Source: Eledone cirrhosa (taxonomy: Eukaryota). From it: a stretch of 64,000 nucleotides of DNA. Shown in pieces: positions 55,090 to 64,000 of this stretch (position 1 is its first letter; the number at the start of each line of letters is the position of its first letter). A program made the translations under genes and the position numbers. The stretch is taken from positions 213,032,001 to 213,096,000 of the forward strand of contig OZ024743.1 in the NCBI GenBank assembly GCA_964016885.1, given 5' to 3'. A model generated the notes under the pieces. That model made no database searches. It was given only the letters and a program-made list of their open reading frames with translations, and was not told the origin of the DNA.

Positions 55090-56349
55090 TCAGGTCACCA
55101 CTTGGTGCTACTGGTAACATGTATCCCAGTACAACCTGTCTCATGGTCGGGTCGTTGGCGACTAAACTGGCAACCCCACCAAGGTTTCTTGGTGAGGAGG
55201 GTGATTTTGGACATCCTGCAGGACTAAAAACAAAACCTGTCAAAGGGCTAAGGAGCTCTTAAGAGTCAATGGCCATCCAAAATCACCGGGAGAGATGACC
55301 CCTTAGCCTTTGTCAAGGCAGAATTCTAGGAGAAGGAAAACTCTGATATAACACCTGCAACCCTGATGGTATCCAATGATGTTGAATTGTTCTTCTTTTT
55401 GGTAAATATCATCTTGGTTAAGAGAGTGGGACTGGCTTTGTGCAGTGCCTTTGCTCACTATAAAAGCTTCACAGCACAGGCATTGCTTTATATCTGAAGA
55501 TCTCTCTGCACTTGTCGTCACATGGTACCATGGGCCCAGCACTATGTGTCAATAATTGTCACAGGTGTAGTGTTTGTACCAGAGTTTTCAAGTCGCTGGC
55601 TGGACTAAAAAGTCACATTCGTTCAGCGCATTGGTAGGGGTTCTCCTACATGGATATAAAGTAGTGGCCGTACTCGAAAACGAGTTGGCAGCCACCATGT
55701 ATGTATGTATGTATGTATGTATGTATGTATGTATGTATGTATGTATGTATGTATGTATGTATACTGGTAACATGTATTCCAGTACAACCTGTCTCATGGT
55801 CGGGTCGTTGGCGACTAAACTGGCAACCCCACCAAGGTTTCCTGGTGAGGAGGGTGACTTTGGACATCCTGCAGGTCTAAAAACAATACCTGTCAAAGGG
55901 CAAAGGAGCTCTTAAGAGTCAATAGCCATCCAAAAACACCGGGAGAGATGACCCCTTAGCCTTTGTCAAGGCAGAATTCTAGGAGAAGGAAAACTCTGAT
56001 ATAACACCTGAAACCCTGATGGTATTCAATGATGTTGACTTGTTCTTCATTTTGGTAAATATCATCTTGGTTAAGAGAGTGGGACTGGCTTTGTGCAGTG
56101 CCTTTGATCACTATAAAAGCTTCACGGCACAGGCATTGCTTTATATCTGGAGATCTCTCTGTACTTGTCGTCACATAGTACCATGGGCCCAGCACTATGT
56201 GTTAATAATTGTCACAAGTGTAGTGTTTGTACCAGAGTTTTCAAGTCGCTGGCTGGACTAAAAAGTCACACTCGTTCAGCGCATCGGTAGGGGTTCTCCT
56301 ACATGGATATAAAGTGGTGGCTGTACTCGAAAACGAGTTGGCAGCCACC
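55090..56349 (+). mobile_element. Tandem pair of internally deleted (bipartite) RTE derivatives joined by (ATGT)n
   Basis: 55090-55696 is similar to 55762-56349. The RTE-type leader motif AGGAGAAGGAAAACTCTGAT is fused to a terminal C2H2 finger CSVCTRVFKSLAGLKSHIRSAH* (55557-55637). Confidence 0.7.
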
Positions 56350-56361
56350 ATGTATGTATGT

Positions 56362-56943
56362 ATATATAAAGTTGTAGTTCCTGTCTGTTTGTTTGTTTGT
56401 TCACGAACTTCTCCTATGGTTTTTGAGATAGATCCCCATAACCATATATATTCTGAAACTTGATTGCCCAGGGTACTTGGATAAGTATATTTCATTTTAA
56501 TCAAATGGTTCTCCGGGGGCACAAATCCGCGCTGAAAATATTTCCCTTCAATTTATATGAAATTTAAACTATAGGTAATTTCAGCAAATTTCAATAATAT
56601 TAAGACACCCTAATGGCGGTTAAACCCCATATAGTGACATTTTTGGAAGCCCAAATAAAATAATGCTTTACTCAAAAATGAAATGATCAAGTTTTGAATT
56701 GATATATTGAAAAAAAAATATTTACAAGAAACAAAATAAGAATAAGATTTAATAATGTAATTTTGATTTGATATATTACAAAAAATAATGTTTTCCAATT
56801 TTTCATGCATTACATTTTACATTGAGTAATATTGAAATGCAGAGTTTTTCTCCATAAATTATATCACTGATTTAAAATCAATGATCATTTTTTTACAAAA
56901 AAAAAAATGTGTGAAACGCAGCAAGGCGCGGGTAATTCGGCTA

Positions 56944-56944
<1 letters not shown>
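56362..56944 (+). mobile_element. Non-autonomous Helitron-like element
   Basis: 5' TATATATAAAG..(CTGT)(TTGT)n and a 3' GC-rich CGCAGCAAGGCGCGGG..CTAG followed by T. Confidence 0.6.
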
Positions 56945-57042
<98 letters not shown>

Positions 57043-57254
57043 TATGCATGTTTGAATAAAAAGGCGGGATGGGCATGGTTGGAATGTCTTATATCATAGA
57101 TTTGTGCAATCAGGGTAAAGCGTAGGGCTGAATAACAAGAATAAAAACAGCAACGACGATGGTGACAAAAGCAAAAACATTCAAAACTAGAGTTTACAAT
57201 ATTTCTATCACACCTATTTCTTTTGCTGGCGGCCAGCTCGCTGAGACGTTAGAG

Positions 57255-57448
57255 CAGCGTTTCTTAACCTTTTTACCCCTGCGGAACCATTAAAATAGTT
57301 TTCATGACTCAGGGAACCCCTGCATAAAATTATTATATCCCATTATTTATATCTCTGCATTAGATTATTTATCACTCTTTCTCGCGGAAACTCTAGCGAC
57401 CTCTTGTGGAACACTAGGGTTCCCGGGAACGTCGGTTGAGAAACCTTG
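57255..57448. mobile_element. hAT-type MITE inserted into a SINE head
   Basis: CAGCGTTTCTTAACC / GGTTGAGAAACCTTG. The TSD is not clean. Confidence 0.7.
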
Positions 57449-58181
57449 CGCCAGGTAGAATGTCTTACAGCATGCATTCCGACTGTCAGTGCTTTGAGTT
57501 CAAATGGGACCAAGCACAATATTGCCGTTCATTACTTTGGAGTGGTTGTTGTCAGACATGTCAACTCTCTCTGTCCGACGGGGAGATCTCCCACACACTT
57601 TGGGGTGGGTGAGAGATGTCTTCTCTTGTGAAAATGGGTATAGCGTTCATTATGTAAAATCTCCACATTTTACCTCATTTCTCCCCGTTTTGGGGCACTT
57701 TTTTATGGTACGGGTCTTTAGAGGTTGGCAAGTCTGTGTTAATGATACCTAGCGTAAGAGTCGAGAAACAGCTTGTCTTGTCACACATTGTGTGCAACAA
57801 TGGTGCTCTTATCTTCAACTCGTCAATGGTGCTCTTATCTTCAACTCGTTGAAATTGACGGCGAACCGGCTATAACATATAACACAGTATATAACATTTT
57901 TAGATAGAGCACAAAGTTCTCCTTGGTAGAATATTATCAACAAGACGACGATACATGACCCCCCCCCCAAAAAAAACAACAAACAAACAAAAGAAACAAA
58001 AAACCGGAGAACTTACATAAATTCTAAGTCTTATGAATATGTATAGCTTGACTTAGTTGATATAACTAAACGAAATAATCTCCATTATATAAGGTACGTT
58101 GCAGATAATATCCACTCTGCCAATATAACATTTCCTACTGTTTTAAATAATGAATGGCACATTGAATAATACTGTACCCCC

Positions 58182-58252
<71 letters not shown>

Positions 58253-58288
58253 AGTGTATATATGTATATATATATGTATAGATACATA

Positions 58289-58357
<69 letters not shown>

Positions 58358-59264
58358 TATATATATATATATGTGTGTATATATGTATATATATATATAT
58401 ATATACATATTGAATTTTAAAGCGATGAAATACCAATGAAGGTTGGAAAATCACTGACGAAGGACTGTTTTTATCATATGTAACCCATGTGCAAACCACG
58501 CAGTATTCATTCTTCTCATGTTTTTATATATATTTTCCCCAGCTGCGTTTGTCTGTTTCTCTCTTACTGCTTCCCCCCTCTCTCTGTTTCTCTCACCTTC
58601 TTTCGCCCCCTCTGTCAGTTACACTTTCTCTCGACTGGCCTGTTCCTCGCACTTCCACTCATTCACTCTCTGCTTCTCCCCGTCTCACTTCCTCCCGTTT
58701 GGCCTGAAGTGGGGTCCTTTCTTGCTCACACCTCACTCGCGTCGCACGGTCAGTTATCTCTCGCTCATGAAATCCACACAGCTTAAGCTGATCGGACTCC
58801 CATGTGCTTGTTTTTTACTATCTTTGCGTTGCTATCCTTCTATGTTTGTTTACTTGTCTCGCTCGCTTTACGCGATTTACTTGTCCCAATAGCTTTATTT
58901 AGCTATTGCTCGCACCAATTGGAGGTGATTTTTAAAGCGATGAAATACCAATGAAGGTTGGAAAAGCACTGATGAAGGACTATTTTTATCATATGTAACC
59001 CATGTGCAACCACGCAGTATTCATTCTTCTCATGTTTTTATATATATGTATATATATATATATATATATGTATGTGTATATATATATATATATGTGTATA
59101 TATATATGTATATATGTGTGTGTGTGTATATGTATATATCTAAGCATAAACAAAGTGGTCAAGCGCAGAAATGCTATAAAGATAGCTTATAGAATAGGGT
59201 GAAAACCCTTAAAAGACGTAAAAAGAAGTTGCCATCGGCCACTACGAGGAATTGAACTCCTTTC

Positions 59265-59341
<77 letters not shown>

Positions 59342-59349
59342 TTATATAT

Positions 59350-60479
59350 ATATTTATTAAAATAACAGATTAAAGTTTAAGCAAATAATAACTGCTTTCA
59401 CCCTTAACGGGATCTTCTGAAACTAAAAAAGTCAATCTGTGAACGCAGAAGTGAATAACGTTGCAACCGGAGGAAGACAGGAAGACGATACTTTGGTTCG
59501 TGGAAACGTTCCCTGGCAAAGAACGGGAAAAAACGAATATAATAGGTCATTATTTGGAGCGGTGAAAAACAATTACACGCAAAGACAGAACCACGTTTAT
59601 GGTATAAAAGAAGTCGTAGACTAATATTCTCTTAGGTGGTTCATAGACACGTTATCTGGCAATGAACGGAAAAAACGAAGATAATACGTCATATGTGTAT
59701 CGTGGAGAACAATTGCACGCAAAGACAAACCCACGTAAATGGTATAACTGAAGTCGTAGACTAAAATTCTAACTAGGAAACCGAATGATTCTCCGCTTCA
59801 GAGTTAAGAATAAAGTAAATAAAATACAGAGGTAATTGAAATTAAATAAATACATACACGCATCCAAATACGTACATACACAAGCATGTATGTATTTATT
59901 TAATTTCAATTACCTCTGTATTTTATTTACTTAATTCTTAACTCTGAAGCGGAGAATCATTCGGTTTCCTAGTTAGAATTTTAGTCTACGACTTCAGTTA
60001 CACCATTTACGTGGTTTTGTCTTTGCTTGCAATTGTTCTCTACGCTCAACATATGACGTATTATCTTCGTTTTTTCCGTTCATTGCCAGAGAACGTGTCT
60101 ATGAACCACCTAAGAGAATATTAGTCTACGACTTCTTTTATACCATAAACGTGGTTCTGTCTTTGCGTGTAATTGTTTTTCACCGCTCCAAATAATGACG
60201 TATTATATTCGTTTTTTTCCCGTTCTTTGCCAGGGAACGTTTCCACGAACCAAAGTATCGTCTTCCTGTCTTCCTCCGGTTGCAACGTTATTCACTTCTG
60301 CGTTCACAGATTGACTTTGTTAGTTTCAGAAGATCCCGTTAAGGGTGAAAGCAGCGATTCTTTGCTTTAACTTTAATCTGTTATTTTAATAAATATTTGC
60401 TCTACGGTTCTTATATATTTGATATATATTTATCCATATTGAGCCCTCTTTGGATTTTAGTCTTTAAATTTATTATTAT

Positions 60480-60483
<4 letters not shown>
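59350..60483 (+). mobile_element. 1.05-kb fold-back PLE element (arms 59350-59861 / 59884-60396) plus 87-bp tail
   Basis: Long inverted repeat with an internal duplication of about 135 bp. HHR-like motifs with a CAGAAGA core lie at 59374-59424 (-) and 60322-60372 (+). Confidence 0.85.
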
Positions 60484-60560
<77 letters not shown>

Positions 60561-61181
60561 TGAAATAAAAATAGAGCAAGAAACCAGGACTATCCATCAT
60601 CAGTGATATTTTGGCTCAGATACCTCAAACCAGTGCGAGCAATAACTAAAATAGCTTATTGGGATAAAAAGAATTGGGTGGAGAAAGAGAGACATGTAAA
60701 CAAACCGAGTGGTAAGGCAACATAAAGCGAGGAAGATGAGATAACAAGTAAGTGATACATTGTGAACTTAAGTTCTAGCAAATCAATGACGAGAAGAACA
60801 AACGCGTCCGAAGCTAGCGAAATGTGAGCGAGAAAAGGATCTCACACAGGTCAGACGGGAGGAAGTGAGAGAGGGGGAGTAGCAGAGAGTGAGTGAGCGA
60901 AAGGGTGAGGAAGAGGCCAGCCGAGAGAGGGTGACCAGCAGAGGGGGTGAATGAAAGTAAGAGATACAAGGAGAGAGAAGGGGGGAGAGAAAGAGGATAG
61001 CAGTAAGGTGATAGAAACAGACATGTCACAGCGGAGGGAAACATATATATGAATGAAAAATGGCGTGCTGCGTTGTTGCGAATGTGATACAAGTGAAATA
61101 AAAAATAGAGCAAGAAACCAGGACTATCCATCATCAGTGATCTTCTGACTATCATCGGTATTTCTTCGCATTAAAGACCAG

Positions 61182-61299
<118 letters not shown>

Positions 61300-61319
61300 T
61301 CTCAGCCATCACCAGTCAA

Positions 61320-61895
61320 CTCTCCTCTTCTCTATATCTAATATACAACACTCATTCCCAATACCGCTCTCTATATCAATTAACACCAAACTCTGCCCCT
61401 CTCGATATCTACGACACAGAACTCTCTTCCAATGCCCCTCTCTATATCAATTAACACCAAACTCTGCCCCTCTCTATATCTACTACACAGAACTCTCTTC
61501 CAATGCCCCTCTCTATATCAATTAACACCAAACTCTCCCCCTCTCTATATCTACTACACGACACTCTTTTCCAATACCCCCTCTCTTTCTCTATCAATAC
61601 CTATCTCAATCAATCCTCTCACTCTATTCATTACCACCAAAGTCTCCCCCTCTCTACATGAACCATACAACACTCTTTCCCAACCCCCCTTTCTCTATCA
61701 TCTAGCACCAAACTCTCCTCCTCTCTATATCTACTACACGGAACTCTTTTCCAATCCCTCTCTCTATATCAATTACCACCAAACCCTCCCCCTCTTTATA
61801 TCTACCACACGGAACTCTCTTCCAATCCCCCTCTCTATATCAATAAACTTCAACCTCCCTTCTCTCTCTATATCTAATATACAACACACTCTCCC
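61320..61895. repeat. Degenerate CT-rich minisatellite, unit about 68 bp
   Basis: Repeated CTCTCTATATCAATTAACACCAAACTCTGCCCCTCTCTATATCTACTACAC..CTCTTCCAAT. Confidence 0.85.
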
Positions 61896-62802
61896 ATTTC
61901 TGAAGTGGCGGGACGGGCCAAATTTTGTCAATTTAGTTGTAGTGATTAGTTTAGCACTTTGCACTCTAAAATGATTAGAAAATGCAATTTGAGTCCAAGC
62001 AGGTCATATTACATTTACAGCTTTCAATAATTATAAAGTGGTTATAGCAAAATGACCTGTGAAATCTGCCTCTGAATACACATACTAGCAATTGGCAAAT
62101 AGTGATATGTGCCGAAAAAGTTATGATATGACCAAAAAATTTACTATGAAGGTTAACATAATATATTATCAAATATCAACAAAGATATAAAATCAAATAT
62201 CAACTTCAATATGCGATAAACATAACATGTACATAAATTATAGCGCATATATAAATAGATATGTGTTTTGGTAGATTGGGGAGAAAAATATAATTTTTGG
62301 TAGATTCATGGCTCCCTTGGTCCCCACCAGTTCCACCGCTACTGAAAAACTATTAATTTATCAAAACAAAATTTCCGGCTTGTATGTTTGTTTATATGTC
62401 CAGTAATCGTGGTATATATAAATAGCATAACCAATCCCCAACTTCAGACATTACTGGTATTATTAATGCATAGGTCCACTCTTGATATAGATAACAAACA
62501 GATAATAAAAGCCTACGTTATTTGTATTTAGTATGCAGAACTCTCTCACCAGGTATTTTTTACTCGGTCACACTGTAGATCGTGTTTTGATAAAAACGTC
62601 TTGAAACGTAAAGGATAAAATTTCTCCAATTACGCACTAAAGAAGGATAGTCCTCACCTCGCTAGCCTTTGACACGTTAGATATGGTAATACCCTGTGAC
62701 TCACTGTCGTTAAGAATAAAGAGTACTCTCTTTTGAGACTTATGTTTTTGCATATACAAAGACATACAAACACACGCGCGCGCATACACACACACACACA
62801 CA

Positions 62803-62859
<57 letters not shown>

Positions 62860-62925
62860 ACAATCACAATGTTTACATATATCTATTATTTTCTTTTTCT
62901 TTTTTTCCTGTATTTCTCCCCCCCC

Positions 62926-62983
<58 letters not shown>

Positions 62984-62990
62984 TTATATA

Positions 62991-63126
<136 letters not shown>

Positions 63127-63214
63127 CACACATAGATACAAGGCGGAAATGTTACACATGTACACCTGTTTCTCGAGACGGATAGGTAATGTCACCTTCT
63201 TGTTATTATTATTC

Positions 63215-63730
63215 AGTAACCCACTGGGATCGATTTAATCGACTTTTCCTTCCCCCGAAACTGTTGGCCTTGTGCCTAAACCAGAAACTATTATTATTAT
63301 TGGCAGAAATCGGTAGAGTGTCGGAGAAAATGCCTATTTCGACGTTTATATCCTGAGTTGAAATTCCGCCGAATTTAACTTTGACATTCATCCTTCCGGG
63401 GCTGATAAAACAAAATACCAGTTGTGTACTGTGGTCGATATAATCGACTTTTCCTCTTCCCCTAAATTTCTGGCTCTGTGTCAATGTTAGAAAAAGATAT
63501 AATCAATTATACAGTGGATGGACAGTATCGGTAGAGCGTCGGACAACATACTTTGGGGCATATAGTTACGGCCCTTTACGTTCTGAGTTCAAAATCCTGC
63601 CGAGGTTAGCTTTGCTTTTCATTCTTACGGGATTGATAGAATAAACTACCAGTAACGAACTGGGTCGATTTAGTCGACTTTACCTTCCCTTCAAATTGCT
63701 GGCCTTGTGCGAAATGTAGAAACAATTATT
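63215..63730 (+). mobile_element. Tandem array of about 2.5 tRNA-SINE units
   Basis: Same family as 17860-19100. Confidence 0.8.
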
Positions 63731-64000
63731 ATGTACGAATTATGCTAATAACTCATTATAAAACAGCCATTAGTTTTCCTGGCATATATTTAAATTCTAG
63801 ACAACACGGAGGATCATAAGAAAAGCTTAGCTTACATCGGAAATCAAAATACTTCAGTAGTTATGCAATCGCGTTTTCTTTATTGATTTAGTGATTTTTA
63901 CACGGATGTTTTAATGTGTTTGTCTTTTCTTTTTGATAACAAATTTTATTGTACACGCACATGAATACATACACATACACATATTTACATGCAAGCACAC

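Noticed and set aside
57510-57870. Possible DNA transposase remnant
   Set aside because: The frames are interrupted and I could not identify a diagnostic motif.
58430-58470. SECIS element or box C/D snoRNA (ATGA...CTGA)
   Set aside because: The spacing is too short for SECIS helix II, there is no terminal stem or guide, and no UGA-containing ORF lies nearby.

Overview
This is AT-rich, microsatellite-saturated eukaryotic DNA. The tRNA-SINE and repeat repertoire suggests an octopus-like cephalopod (inference). No intact host gene is visible; there is one candidate minus-strand exon at 1151-1243, so the window is intronic or intergenic. Four layers of mobile DNA dominate. (1) A 12-kb nested pile-up (about 3.7-16.2 kb) inside one (TAA)n tract, made of an RTE 3' end, R4/Dong-type RLE LINEs (+) and L1/Tx1-type LINEs (-). 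Another Tx1 sits in a (TATC)n tract at 33.4-36.5 kb. (2) Penelope-like elements (PLEs) from about three lineages: an RT+GIY-YIG ORF at 26.6-28.5 kb and GIY-YIG fragments at 48.8 and 50 kb. (3) A dense set of short non-coding elements in (TA)n tracts that carry type I hammerhead ribozyme (HHR) motifs. These include fold-back palindromes with an HHR on each strand, a retrozyme-like 484-bp tandem with two canonical HHRs (30.56-31.43 kb), elements that turn around at HHR stem II, and a shared tail hairpin. (4) tRNA-SINE arrays, Tc1/mariner, pogo and hAT MITEs, a Helitron-like element, and internally deleted RTE derivatives. Most ORFs in the supplied track are microsatellite or antisense artefacts. 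All folds and homologies were read by eye and need computational confirmation.
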